Below are positions 36,501 to 44,765 of a stretch of DNA of 64,000 bases, piece by piece. Numbering within the stretch: the stretch's first letter is position 1; the number at the start of each line of letters is the position of its first letter. The stretch is taken from positions 949 through 64,948 of the forward strand of contig SVTD01000004.1 of NCBI GenBank assembly GCA_015063955.1. The letters run 5' to 3'. The DNA comes from Oscillospiraceae bacterium. Lineage in GTDB: Bacteria; Bacillota; Clostridia; Oscillospirales; CAG-272. The position numbers and the translations under genes are program-made. The notes under the pieces were generated by a model, which was not told the origin of the DNA, made no database searches, and worked only from the letters and a program-made list of their open reading frames with translations.

Positions 36501-37224
36501 AGGCGCCGATCCCGAGATCATCGTTATCAATAACCTCACAGCAGACGGTATTTCCAGAAGCGTTGAAGGCTTTGCAAAGAAGCTTGAGAGCGCTCAGATG
36601 ATATTCATCCCCGGAGGATTTTCCGGCGGTGACGAGCCTGACGGAAGCGGTAAGTTCATTACGGCGTTCTTCCGTAACGAGGCTGTCAAGGCAGGAGTTA
36701 CAGACCTTCTCGAAAACCGTGACGGTCTTATGTGCGGTATCTGTAACGGCTTCCAGGCACTTATCAAGCTCGGTCTTGTACCCTTTGGTAAGATCATCGA
36801 TACGGATGAAAACTGCCCCACACTTACATTCAACACGATCTCCCGCCACCAGTCAAGGATCGTTCGCACAAGGATCGCATCCAATAAGTCTCCCTGGCTT
36901 GCCGATACAAACGTAGGCGACATCTACAGTGTTCCGATCTCCCACGGCGAGGGTCGCTTCCTCTGCTCACCTGAATTGGTAGCGCAGCTTGCCGCTAACG
37001 GTCAGATCGCAACTCAGTACGTAGACCTTGACGGCAACGCTACAGATGACGTACACTATAATCCCAACGATTCCGTTTGCGCCATCGAGGGTATAACTTC
37101 TCCCGACGGACGAGTATTCGGTAAGATGGGTCACTCCGAGCGTGTCGGCTCAGGACTTTATAAGAACGTACCCGGCGACTACGACATCAAGATGTTCAAG
37201 TCCGCTGTAAAGTACTTTAAATAA
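33535..37224 (+). CDS. purL: Phosphoribosylformylglycinamidine synthase, single-chain (PurS/PurL/PurQ fused)
   Basis: About 1230 aa. DTYWSDHCRHTTF, NHPTEIEPFGGAATCIGGAIRD, C-terminal glutaminase with GICNGFQAL and HGEGRF. Confidence 0.95.
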   Translation: MVYRVFVEKKKELAHEAKALLSDARTLLGIEALTDVRVINRYDAENIEADLFEYAKKTVFSEPQLDTVCEEPELSGAYVFAVEFLPGQFDQRADSAAQCIQIISQGERPLVRSAKVYALYGDLTEENIAEIKKYVINPVEAREAALDKPETLAIEYEIPTEVATLDGFTKLDREGLAEFIKSYGLAMDIDDITFCQEYFLTEKRDPTITEIRMIDTYWSDHCRHTTFLTTIDNVTFEDALIQKAYEEYIDTRRELGRTKPVCLMDIATLAVRYLKKEGKLEKLDESEEINACTVKIDIEVDGKPEKWLLLFKNETHNHPTEIEPFGGAATCIGGAIRDPLSGRSYVYAAMRVTGAADPLKPVSETIKGKLPQRKIVTTAAAGYSSYGNQIGLATGIVDEIYHPGYAAKRMEIGAVIAAAPEENVRRERPCPGDVIILLGGSTGRDGCGGATGSSKSHTEQSLESCGAEVQKGNAPEERKLQRMFRRKEVTQLIKRCNDFGAGGVSVAIGELADGLDIDLNAVPKKYEGLDGTELAISESQERMAVVVEKENVEKFLAFADEENLQARPVATVKEDARLTMYWNGKTICDISREFLNSNGAEKHIDVTVAKAEPYAKKIEGTITENLKAAADDLNICSKRGLSERFDSTIGAGTVLMPFGGKNQLTPIQAMVHKVSVEKEHTDDCSFMSWGYNPFITEKSPYHGAYLAVVESCAKLVASGAEFKEVYLTFQEYFEKLGRDAKRWGKPTAALLGAFKAQKELGIGSIGGKDSMSGSFESLDVPPTLVSFAVTMGKADEVVSPEFKKAGNKVYLVAPEYDENGLPVTESLLAVFDKVTALMRAGKVVAAYTPTLGGVGEAVMKMCFGNGLGFDFADGWCPVCAFKYNYGAFVLECTEDIEGARLVGCVTDEKAITLGAEKICLTELLGIYEDKLESVYSCNISAEGKKIENFDYKAEKRVAPAIKVARPKVLIPAFPGTNCEYDSAKAMRDAGADPEIIVINNLTADGISRSVEGFAKKLESAQMIFIPGGFSGGDEPDGSGKFITAFFRNEAVKAGVTDLLENRDGLMCGICNGFQALIKLGLVPFGKIIDTDENCPTLTFNTISRHQSRIVRTRIASNKSPWLADTNVGDIYSVPISHGEGRFLCSPELVAQLAANGQIATQYVDLDGNATDDVHYNPNDSVCAIEGITSPDGRVFGKMGHSERVGSGLYKNVPGDYDIKMFKSAVKYFK

Positions 37225-37252
37225 TGAAATAATGAAAGGAAGGTAAAAGACA

Positions 37253-38761
37253 ATGGCATACTATTTCGAAGAAGCATCCCATACCTTTAATGAATATCTG
37301 CTCGTTCCCGGATACTCCTCATCCGAGTGTATCCCCACAGCAGTTTGTCTTGATACTCCCCTCGTTCGCTACAGAAAGGGCGAGGAGAGCGCGATCACTC
37401 TCAAAACACCACTCGTATCTGCTATCATGCAGTCCGTTTCCGGCGAGCGCCTTGCTATCGCGCTTGCTCGCGAGGGCGGTTGCTCCTTTATCTACGGTTC
37501 TCAGTCAATCGAGGACGAGGCTGCAATGGTTGCGGCAGTTAAGGGCTATAAGGCAGGATTCGTTGTGTCAAACTCCAATATCCGCCCCGATCAGACCCTT
37601 GCAGATATTATCGCACTCAAGGAAAAGACAGGTCACTCCACCGTTGCCGTAACTGAGGACGGAAGCGCTACAGGTAAGCTTCTCGGTATCGTAACAGGCC
37701 GCGACTACCGCGTTTCCAGAATGGATCCCTCCCTCAAGGTATCCGAATTTATGACTCCCCTTGAAAAGCTCGTAACAGCTCCCGAGGGAACAAGCCTCAA
37801 GAAGGCAAACGATATTATCTGGGATCACAAGCTCAATTCTCTCCCCATCGTTGATGAAAACGGTAATCTTTGCTACTTCGTATTCCGCAAGGACTACGAT
37901 CAGCACAAGGCTAACCCCAACGAGCTTCTTGACGCTGAAAAGAGATACGTTGTAGGCGCAGGTATCAACACCCGTGACTACGCTGAACGCGTACCCGCTC
38001 TTGTAGAGGCAGGCGTTGACGTTCTTTGTATCGACTCCTCCGAGGGATTCTCCGAGTGGCAGTCCAGAACCATCGCGTGGATCCGTGAGCACTACGGTGA
38101 GGACGTAAAGGTAGGCGCAGGTAACGTTGTAGACCGCGATGGCTTCCGCTTCCTTGCAGAGGCAGGAGCTGACTTCATTAAGGTCGGTATCGGCGGCGGT
38201 TCTATCTGTATTACCCGTGAAACCAAGGGTATCGGCCGCGGTCAGGCAACAGCTCTTATCGAGGTTTGTAAGGCTCGTGACGAGTATTTCGAGGAAACAG
38301 GCATCTACGTTCCCGTATGCTCCGACGGCGGTATCGTTCACGACCATCACATCACTCTCGCACTTGCAATGGGTGCAGACTTCATTATGCTCGGCAGATA
38401 CTTCGCTCGCTTTGAGGAGAGCCCCACGGCAAAGATCAATATCGGCGGCACTCTTATGAAGGAATATTGGGGCGAGGGCTCAAACCGTGCCCGCAACTGG
38501 CAGAGATATGACCTTGGCGGTGCAGGCAAGCTTTCCTTCGAGGAGGGCGTAGACTCCTACGTTCCCTATGCAGGTACTCTTTCCGATAACGTAAGAGTAA
38601 CTCTCGCAAAGGTAAAGAGCACGATGTGCAACTGCGGCGCGCTCACCATTCCCGAGCTCCAGCAGAAGGCACGTCTCACTCTCGTAAGCTCTGCAAGCAT
38701 CGTAGAGGGCGGCGCACACGACGTTGTTCTCCATACCCCCAAGGCGACAAACGACAGATAA
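37253..38761 (+). CDS. guaB: IMP dehydrogenase
   Basis: CBS pair in the middle. Catalytic loop [36 protein letters not shown]. Confidence 0.92.
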   Translation: MAYYFEEASHTFNEYLLVPGYSSSECIPTAVCLDTPLVRYRKGEESAITLKTPLVSAIMQSVSGERLAIALAREGGCSFIYGSQSIEDEAAMVAAVKGYKAGFVVSNSNIRPDQTLADIIALKEKTGHSTVAVTEDGSATGKLLGIVTGRDYRVSRMDPSLKVSEFMTPLEKLVTAPEGTSLKKANDIIWDHKLNSLPIVDENGNLCYFVFRKDYDQHKANPNELLDAEKRYVVGAGINTRDYAERVPALVEAGVDVLCIDSSEGFSEWQSRTIAWIREHYGEDVKVGAGNVVDRDGFRFLAEAGADFIKVGIGGGSICITRETKGIGRGQATALIEVCKARDEYFEETGIYVPVCSDGGIVHDHHITLALAMGADFIMLGRYFARFEESPTAKINIGGTLMKEYWGEGSNRARNWQRYDLGGAGKLSFEEGVDSYVPYAGTLSDNVRVTLAKVKSTMCNCGALTIPELQQKARLTLVSSASIVEGGAHDVVLHTPKATNDR

Positions 38762-38785
38762 CTGAAATTGATAGGAGATATACCA

Positions 38786-40462
38786 ATGGCTTATCTTTCT
38801 GACATTGAGATCGCTCAGGCTTGTACTATGAAGCCTATCGGCGAAATTGCCGCAGCCGCTCACGTAGATGAAAAATATATCGAGCAGTACGGCAGATATA
38901 AGGCTAAGATCGATCTTTCCCTTCTCGAGGAAACTGAGCGCGAAAACGGCAAGCTTATCCTCGTAACAGCTATCACTCCCACACCTGCAGGTGAGGGTAA
39001 GACCACAACCACCATCGGCCTTGCAGACGGTTTGAAAAGGATCGGTAAGGACGTAACCGTGGCTCTGCGCGAGCCCTCCCTCGGCCCCGTATTCGGTGTC
39101 AAGGGCGGCGCCGCAGGCGGCGGATATGCGCAGGTAGTTCCTATGGAGGATATCAACCTCCATTTCACAGGCGATTTCCACGCAATCGGTGCGGCAAATA
39201 ACCTTCTTGCCGCAATGCTTGATAACCACATCCAGCAGGGTAACTCCCTCGGCATCGACGTTCGCCGCATCACATGGAAGAGATGCGTTGATATGAACGA
39301 CCGTCAGCTCCGTTTCATCGTAGACGGTATGGGCGGCAAGGTGAACGGCGTTCCCCGTGAGGACGGATTTGATATCACCGTTGCCAGTGAGATCATGGCA
39401 GTTCTCTGCCTTTCCAACTCCATCACAGACCTGAAGGAGCGCCTCTCCCGTATTATCGTTGGCTACAACTATCAGGGCGAGCCCGTGACCTGCGGCCAGC
39501 TCAAGGCTCAGGGCGCAATGACGGCACTCCTCAAGGATGCCATCAAGCCTAACCTTGTTCAGACCCTTGAGGGCACACCCGCCTTCGTACACGGCGGCCC
39601 CTTCGCAAATATCGCACACGGCTGTAACTCCGTAATGGCAACAAAGCTCGCTCTCAAGATGGGCGACTATACTGTAACAGAGGCAGGATTCGGTGCAGAC
39701 CTCGGTGCTGAGAAGTTCCTTGATATCAAGTGCCGTATGGCAGGTCTCGTTCCCGATGCGGTTGTAGTAGTTGCAACTGTCCGTGCTCTCAAGATGCACG
39801 GCGGCCGCGCTAAAACTGAGCTTGCAAACGAGGATATTGAAGCACTTGAGAAGGGCATTCCCAACCTTCTCCGTCACGTTTCCAATATGAAGAACGTTTA
39901 TAAGCTTCCCTGCGTGGTAGCGGTAAACCGCTTCCCTACGGATACGGATGCAGAGATCGATTTCATTATAAACAAGTGTAAGGAGCTCGGCGTAAATACC
40001 GTTCTTTCTACCGTATGGGCAGAAGGAGGCAAGGGCGGCGAGGCTCTCGCTCGCGAGGTAGTACGCCTTTGCGAGGAGGAGCAGGGCGACTTCACCTTCT
40101 CCTATGATCTTGATCTTTCCATTGAGGAAAAGATCGAGGCTATCGTTAAGAAGGTATACGGCGGTAACGGTATCGTTGTAACACCTCAGGCAAAGAAGCA
40201 GATCGCAGAGCTCACAGCTCTCGGCTTCGATAAAATGCCCATCTGCGTTGCAAAAACACAGTATTCCTTCTCCGATGATCCTGCAAAGCTCGGCGCACCC
40301 GAGGGCTTTGACGTAACCATCAAGAACGTTAAGGTGTCTGCAGGAGCCGGCTTCATCGTAGTTCTTACAGGCGATATTATGACAATGCCCGGCCTTCCCA
40401 AGGTACCTGCCGCCGAGCGTATCGACGTAGACGAAAACGGCAAGATCACAGGTCTGTTCTGA
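38786..40462 (+). CDS. fhs: Formate--tetrahydrofolate ligase
   Basis: [59 protein letters not shown]. Confidence 0.95.
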   Translation: MAYLSDIEIAQACTMKPIGEIAAAAHVDEKYIEQYGRYKAKIDLSLLEETERENGKLILVTAITPTPAGEGKTTTTIGLADGLKRIGKDVTVALREPSLGPVFGVKGGAAGGGYAQVVPMEDINLHFTGDFHAIGAANNLLAAMLDNHIQQGNSLGIDVRRITWKRCVDMNDRQLRFIVDGMGGKVNGVPREDGFDITVASEIMAVLCLSNSITDLKERLSRIIVGYNYQGEPVTCGQLKAQGAMTALLKDAIKPNLVQTLEGTPAFVHGGPFANIAHGCNSVMATKLALKMGDYTVTEAGFGADLGAEKFLDIKCRMAGLVPDAVVVVATVRALKMHGGRAKTELANEDIEALEKGIPNLLRHVSNMKNVYKLPCVVAVNRFPTDTDAEIDFIINKCKELGVNTVLSTVWAEGGKGGEALAREVVRLCEEEQGDFTFSYDLDLSIEEKIEAIVKKVYGGNGIVVTPQAKKQIAELTALGFDKMPICVAKTQYSFSDDPAKLGAPEGFDVTIKNVKVSAGAGFIVVLTGDIMTMPGLPKVPAAERIDVDENGKITGLF

Positions 40463-40469
40463 TAAGGAT

Positions 40470-40530
40470 ACGCGTACTTTTCTTGAAAGAAAAGTACCAA
40501 AAGAACTTCAAAAAAGAATAAAAGTAAAAA
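40470..40530 (+). repeat. Divergent third copy of the structured intergenic repeat (tentative)
   Basis: TAAGGATA-CGCGTACTTTTCTTGAAAGAAAAGTAC-CAAAAGAACTTCAAAAAAG...AAAAAGG parallels copy A in its hairpin core and A-rich tail, but with much lower identity. Confidence 0.3.
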
Positions 40531-40569
40531 GGCTATCGTTTTTCGAGCGATAGCCTTTTTGATTTTTTT
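40526..40569 (+). terminator. Terminator of the pur-guaB-fhs operon
   Basis: GGCTATCG-loop-CGATAGCC followed by TTTTTGATTTTTTT. Confidence 0.8.
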
Positions 40570-40634
40570 ACACTCTAACTGCAAATTTCAGTTCGTTAGA
40601 TCCGAACTTTATGTGCAAAGATACTTAGGATAGT

Positions 40635-40667
40635 AAAAAACCACCGCAAGAGATCCTGCGGTGGCAT
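40635..40667 (-). terminator. Terminator of the minus-strand PstS-like operon
   Basis: Minus sense: CCACCGCA-loop-TGCGGTGG followed by TTTTTT. Confidence 0.7.
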
Positions 40668-40680
40668 TTAGATATTTATT

Positions 40681-41673
40681 TTATTCCCCTATCCTGACGT
40701 ATCCCGTTTTCTCGATAAGAGTCTGCCCCTCATCGCTGAGAATCCAATCAATGAGGAGGGGGATATTTTTGTTATCGTTATCCGCACGATATATGGCGTA
40801 AAATTTTGCAATTATGGGATAGCTTCCGTTTTGGATATTCTCAGCATTGGGATAAACCCCGTTGAGAGAAAGCATTTTAACGTCTGAGTTCTCAACGATG
40901 CCGTCCATATAGTATCTGAAGGAAAAACCGATGGAGCCGCCAACGATGGCAAGGGGAGAGTTTTTTGCGATTTGGCGCCCGCCCATAAAGGCGTTCATGG
41001 CCGACTGGCTACCGCTGCCCTCAAGTCGGGTCACGTGGTTGATAGGGCGGTATATGCCGCCTACGTCCTTCCAGTTTGTGATCTCTCCGCCGTAGATGTC
41101 ACGTATCTGAGCAGTTGTTAGATCGCTGACGGGATTGTTCTTGTTAACAAAGAAAACAAAACCCTCAAGTCCTACGGGAACGTATACGAGTTCAACGCCA
41201 TTTTTCTTGGCGTAGGCAGTCTGTTCCTCTGAGGGAGAGGCGCAGAAAAGAATGTCGCAGTCGCCGTCTACGACTGCAGTGTAGCCACGAACTGTGTTGC
41301 GGTACTGCATCTTGCTGTCGGTGGCAAAGTTTTCGCCGTAATAATTATCGTCGGAGAAACTGCCACCCTCGTACGTAACGCACCCTTCAGGGTAAACGTT
41401 GTCAATAATTGCGGCATAAACAGGAACTAAAGCCGCCGCGCCGTCAAGAACGGGCAGATCACCTTCGAGAGAAAAAGAGGTCTCTATTCGAGGAAGATCG
41501 GAGCTCTCCTCAAAGGGAAGATAGGATCCTACGTCTATCATTCGAGCTTGATTTGCAGAGCTGAAATTGTTTGAGAGACGCCTTGTCATTAAAAAATAGA
41601 TACTGCAATTAAACAATCCGAAGACTGTAAATATTAGTACAATGGTACATATCTGTTTTGCAAGCTTATTCAT
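40681..41673 (-). CDS. Membrane-anchored PstS-family (phosphate-binding-protein-like) substrate-binding protein
   Basis: N-terminal TM helix (ICTIVLIFTVFGLFNCSIYFL), then a PBP-like domain with FFVNKNNPVSDLTTAQIRDIYGGEITNWKDVGG and EGSGSQSAMNAF. No pstCAB genes are adjacent. Confidence 0.8.
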   Translation of the reverse strand: MNKLAKQICTIVLIFTVFGLFNCSIYFLMTRRLSNNFSSANQARMIDVGSYLPFEESSDLPRIETSFSLEGDLPVLDGAAALVPVYAAIIDNVYPEGCVTYEGGSFSDDNYYGENFATDSKMQYRNTVRGYTAVVDGDCDILFCASPSEEQTAYAKKNGVELVYVPVGLEGFVFFVNKNNPVSDLTTAQIRDIYGGEITNWKDVGGIYRPINHVTRLEGSGSQSAMNAFMGGRQIAKNSPLAIVGGSIGFSFRYYMDGIVENSDVKMLSLNGVYPNAENIQNGSYPIIAKFYAIYRADNDNKNIPLLIDWILSDEGQTLIEKTGYVRIGE

Positions 41674-41674
41674 G

Positions 41675-41818
41675 CTACCACCACAGCTCCTTTGAAATAA
41701 AGTAGATAATGGAGCAGTGCTCGTAGGCGTAAAGAGCCCATATAACATGAGCTATAGTTGCAATAAGGCATAGTCCGAGAGCTGTCAGCAGGATGATGTT
41801 ATATGTTTTGTCTTTCAT
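41675..41818 (-). CDS. 47-aa single-pass membrane mini-protein (not in the ORF track)
   Basis: MKDKTYNIILLTALGLCLIATIAHVIWALYAYEHCSIIYFISKELWW. It starts 4 nt after the upstream stop, and its stop is 1 nt before the PstS-like ATG. Confidence 0.45.
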   Translation of the reverse strand: MKDKTYNIILLTALGLCLIATIAHVIWALYAYEHCSIIYFISKELWW

Positions 41819-41822
41819 ATTA

Positions 41823-42089
41823 TTACATATATGCAATGGCTGATAAAAAAGTAATGATTACAGAGGATTCGCCGATTATCACTACTGCCGCGATAATAAC
41901 GGATAATATCAAACGGGAAAGCTTTTTTTTGTGTGTCTCGCGGTCGAAATCATTTGCAGAAAGCTCAAGTGCTTTTTTGGAGGCCCGATAGTTTATAAGA
42001 CTGATTATAAAGAAAATAATTGAAGCTATGGGAGCGGCATAAAAAGCCGCAAGCATTACGTATACGATCACAATAAAAAGTATTTCCAT
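41823..42089 (-). CDS. 88-aa membrane protein
   Basis: MEILFIVIVYVMLAAFYAAPIASIIFFIISL...ILSVIIAAVVIIG. AGGAGG RBS before the ATG at 42089. The ORF-track start at 42119 falls inside the predicted promoter. Confidence 0.55.
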   Translation of the reverse strand: MEILFIVIVYVMLAAFYAAPIASIIFFIISLINYRASKKALELSANDFDRETHKKKLSRLILSVIIAAVVIIGESSVIITFLSAIAYM

Positions 42090-42109
42090 ATCGATACCTC
42101 CTGCAAATA

Positions 42110-42138
42110 ATTCTAACACACTTGTTGATGTTTGTCAA
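42110..42138 (-). promoter_or_regulatory. Promoter of the mini-protein/PstS-like operon
   Basis: Minus strand: TTGACA, 17 nt, TGt-TAGAAT. Confidence 0.5.
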
Positions 42139-42259
42139 TATACGCCTTTTAAGGCTAGCTATACCTATGCTTACCGTAGGCGGCCAAGGGTCTGACCGCC
42201 CTACGGTGCTCCTATATACTCCCCGACTATCCTGAGTTTTAAGGCAAATGTTAATAACA

Positions 42260-42288
42260 TGAAAAAGGCGGTCGTCCCCGACCGCCTT
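42260..42288 (-). terminator. Strong minus-strand terminator
   Basis: Minus sense: AAGGCGGTCG-ggga-CGACCGCCTT followed by TTTTC. Confidence 0.65.
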
Positions 42289-42446
42289 GGTTTATTCTCT
42301 ACCTATCCATTTTATTTTGTTTTCCTCGCCGCGGATAATTCGTACGAAGTGATGAACGTATTTCTGTTATTACCGAAAAAACAGAGCAGGCAACAACGAA
42401 AAACGAGGGGGATCCGTAATATTTGTTATAATCCTCGTGTCTGTTT

Positions 42447-43058
42447 TCAGAGAATCACGAGAACGCATACGATGAGCCAGATAACGGGGATGAGCCCTCC
42501 GACTATGAACTGTGCCACCGTATGGCGCTTCATATATACGGAGCTCCACAGAGAGAGAAGGAAAAGGGGGATGCTGACTGTCAGCGTGAGGGGCCCGACA
42601 AAATATGCAAGGGCCGCAAGGGGACCGAGAAGTCCGCACGAATGGCCGCTTGCCTTGAACCGAAACAGCTTGTTTACGGCAAGAAGCGTTGTTCCCGACA
42701 GAAGGTATGTCAGAAACATCGTGAAAATGGGCGCACCCACGCTGAAGATCAGTCCGTACACAACGCCAAGGATATATCCGAGGGTGCACATAACAAACGC
42801 CAGATTACGTTGACCTTCACGTCCCTGGTGCTTAAAGGGGGGAATTATGAGCTGCAGAGGATATGCAGTAACGGGAAGCAAAGTAATGAATGCTACCGCT
42901 GCGATATACTCCCAGATGCTTTCGTAAAAGCCGTCCGTCGCCAGAAATACGGAAAACGCTGCAAGAGCGGCGATGGGCGGTACGGTTGATACTCTGATTA
43001 TTTTTGCAATGCGCCACGTTGCGTTCTTTTCAGGCGCTTTAGTTTGCGTTGTGTTCAT
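42447..43058 (-). CDS. Polytopic membrane protein, divergent PAP2/DUF212-like (tentative)
   Basis: Six hydrophobic helices. KASGHS and KRHTVAQFIVGG are reminiscent of divergent PAP2 motifs. The ATG at 43058 follows a GAGGA RBS. Confidence 0.7.
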   Translation of the reverse strand: MNTTQTKAPEKNATWRIAKIIRVSTVPPIAALAAFSVFLATDGFYESIWEYIAAVAFITLLPVTAYPLQLIIPPFKHQGREGQRNLAFVMCTLGYILGVVYGLIFSVGAPIFTMFLTYLLSGTTLLAVNKLFRFKASGHSCGLLGPLAALAYFVGPLTLTVSIPLFLLSLWSSVYMKRHTVAQFIVGGLIPVIWLIVCVLVIL

Positions 43059-43307
43059 ATCCGTCCTCAAGTTTTGTTTGCAAGAATCTCAGGCACCGTA
43101 CGGCGCCGTCGGTGGGATCCTTCCCACGGATATACCCTAACATAAGTATTGCCAAAAGTCACGCTACTTTACCAGGCTGTCGGTAGAAAGCAAAAAAACC
43201 GCCGGTAGAGTTGTAAAAAAAGGACTCTACTCACAGTAGAGTTCCTTTAAAATCAGGGGGGTTCGGGCTTTTTTCGGTTGACAGGCAGGGCGGCGGTGTG
43301 ATAAAAT

Positions 43308-43940
43308 ATGAGTACAGAATTAAAAGGAAAGGATGTGGGCTTTTTGACGGAGCTTAAAAAAATCGTTGCAAAAAACATAGCAGACCTGCGCCACGAGGCA
43401 GGTATGACTCAGCTTGAGCTTGCCGAAAAGCTGAACTATTCCGATAAAGCAGTTTCAAAATGGGAGTCGGGCGCATCTATTCCCGACGTGGGAGTTCTTC
43501 TTGAGATCTCAAGACTGTTCGGGGTTACCGTTGATTATCTCCTTTCCGAGGATCACAGGATACCCGTCAAAGCGATTATGAAGGAGACGGTAAAGGGAAG
43601 AAAGCATCTTATCATAACCCTTCTTTCCGTAGCTTTGGTTTGGCTTATCGCAACGGTCGTGTTCGTTGTCCTTAATCTTGTCGGAGCATGGGGCGCAACC
43701 TGGCTTCTGTTTATTTACGCGATTCCCGTAAGTGCCGTTGTGCTTATAGTTTTCAACTCCATATGGGGAAAGCGCAGGCAGAATTACCTCTATATTTCAA
43801 TTCTTATGTGGTCCGTTCTCAGCGCCGTGTACCTCAGCCTTATTGCCTATAACTTCTGGCTTTTATTCACCATCGGAATCCCCGGACAGATAATCATCTG
43901 CCTCTGGGCGGGAATGAAAAAGCCCCAAGGCGAGAAATGA
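43308..43940 (+). CDS. Membrane-tethered XRE-family HTH regulator
   Basis: HTH: GMTQLELAEKLNYSDKAVSKWESGASIPDVGVLLEISRLFGVTVDYLL. Four predicted TM helices follow. An alternative GTG start lies at 43335. Confidence 0.85.
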   Translation: MSTELKGKDVGFLTELKKIVAKNIADLRHEAGMTQLELAEKLNYSDKAVSKWESGASIPDVGVLLEISRLFGVTVDYLLSEDHRIPVKAIMKETVKGRKHLIITLLSVALVWLIATVVFVVLNLVGAWGATWLLFIYAIPVSAVVLIVFNSIWGKRRQNYLYISILMWSVLSAVYLSLIAYNFWLLFTIGIPGQIIICLWAGMKKPQGEK

Positions 43941-43964
43941 GCACTTCAAAAAGCAAGGCTAAAT

Positions 43965-44009
43965 TAAAAAAATCCCCGGTGTTCAAAAAACACCGGGGAT
44001 TTAAAATTT
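43965..44009. terminator. Bidirectional terminator between the XRE gene and hpf
   Basis: AAAAAA-ATCCCCGGTG-loop-CACCGGGGAT-TTAAAATTT. Confidence 0.75.
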
Positions 44010-44012
44010 AAG

Positions 44013-44528
44013 TTATTCGGGAATGATAAGACCGTAGTCTCCCGCTTTTCTCTTGTAGACAACACAGGTCTCCTCTGTGTCTATATCCTTGAAAACGAAA
44101 AATTCGTGGCCGATCTGGTTCATCTGGAGTATAGCCTCTTCCGGGGTCATGGGCTTGATCTCAAAGGTCTTCGTGCGGATCTCAAACTCTTCTTCCTCGG
44201 GCTCCTGAGCCTCGTATTCGGGAATGCGGATGCTGTCGCGCAGCTTCTTTGTCAGACGGGTCTTGTTCTTTCTCATCTGACGCTCGATGTTGTACATACA
44301 GCAGTCAAGAGCGTTCATAAAAGTAGAGTTCTCTTCTTCGCTGCGGAAGAGGAACACACCCTGCTGGATCGTCACCTCAACGCGCTCCATATCGCGGATA
44401 CGGGAGAGCTTGACTGTTGCAGAAGACTCGTCGGGGAAGAACTTGTCAAATTTTGCAAGCTTCTTCTCAATATGCTGGGCGAGCTTTTCGTCAACGTTTA
44501 CTTTTCTTGCGTTAATGGTGATCTTCAT
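44013..44528 (-). CDS. hpf: Ribosome hibernation promoting factor, long form
   Basis: MKITINARKVNVDEKLAQHIEKKLAKFDKFF, C-terminal dimerisation domain KPMTPEEAILQMNQIGHEFFVFKD. Start at 44528 with an AGAAGGG RBS. Confidence 0.92.
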   Translation of the reverse strand: MKITINARKVNVDEKLAQHIEKKLAKFDKFFPDESSATVKLSRIRDMERVEVTIQQGVFLFRSEEENSTFMNALDCCMYNIERQMRKNKTRLTKKLRDSIRIPEYEAQEPEEEEFEIRTKTFEIKPMTPEEAILQMNQIGHEFFVFKDIDTEETCVVYKRKAGDYGLIIPE

Positions 44529-44589
44529 AATGTGCCCTTCTTTCTTGGTGGATTGGCGGAGCGAGGTATTCTTCGCTCTTCGCATTTTC

Positions 44590-44618
44590 ATTATAGCATA
44601 CACTTTGGCATTTGTCCA
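44590..44618 (-). promoter_or_regulatory. hpf promoter
   Basis: Minus strand: TGGACA, 17 nt, TGc-TATAAT. Confidence 0.5.
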
Positions 44619-44697
44619 CAGTAATTTGTAAAAAATGTATAAAGAAATCAAAATTAATGAATAAAAATTGTAGAATTGTCCCGAGCGTGCAGTACTG

Positions 44698-44726
44698 TTG
44701 ACATTCACAAAAAAGTGATTTATAAT
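44698..44726 (+). promoter_or_regulatory. cca promoter
   Basis: TTGACA, 17 nt, TATAAT. Confidence 0.55.
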
Positions 44727-44765
44727 TAGAAGCATAAATTATGAGTATTCGGAGGTGAGAGTGTG

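Noticed and set aside
42259-42813. 184-aa plus-strand ORF (and 42522-42989, 42370-42789)
   Set aside because: These are Arg/Pro-rich, non-hydrophobic translations overlapping a minus-strand ORF that encodes a coherent six-helix membrane protein. The first third lies in a region full of terminator hairpins.
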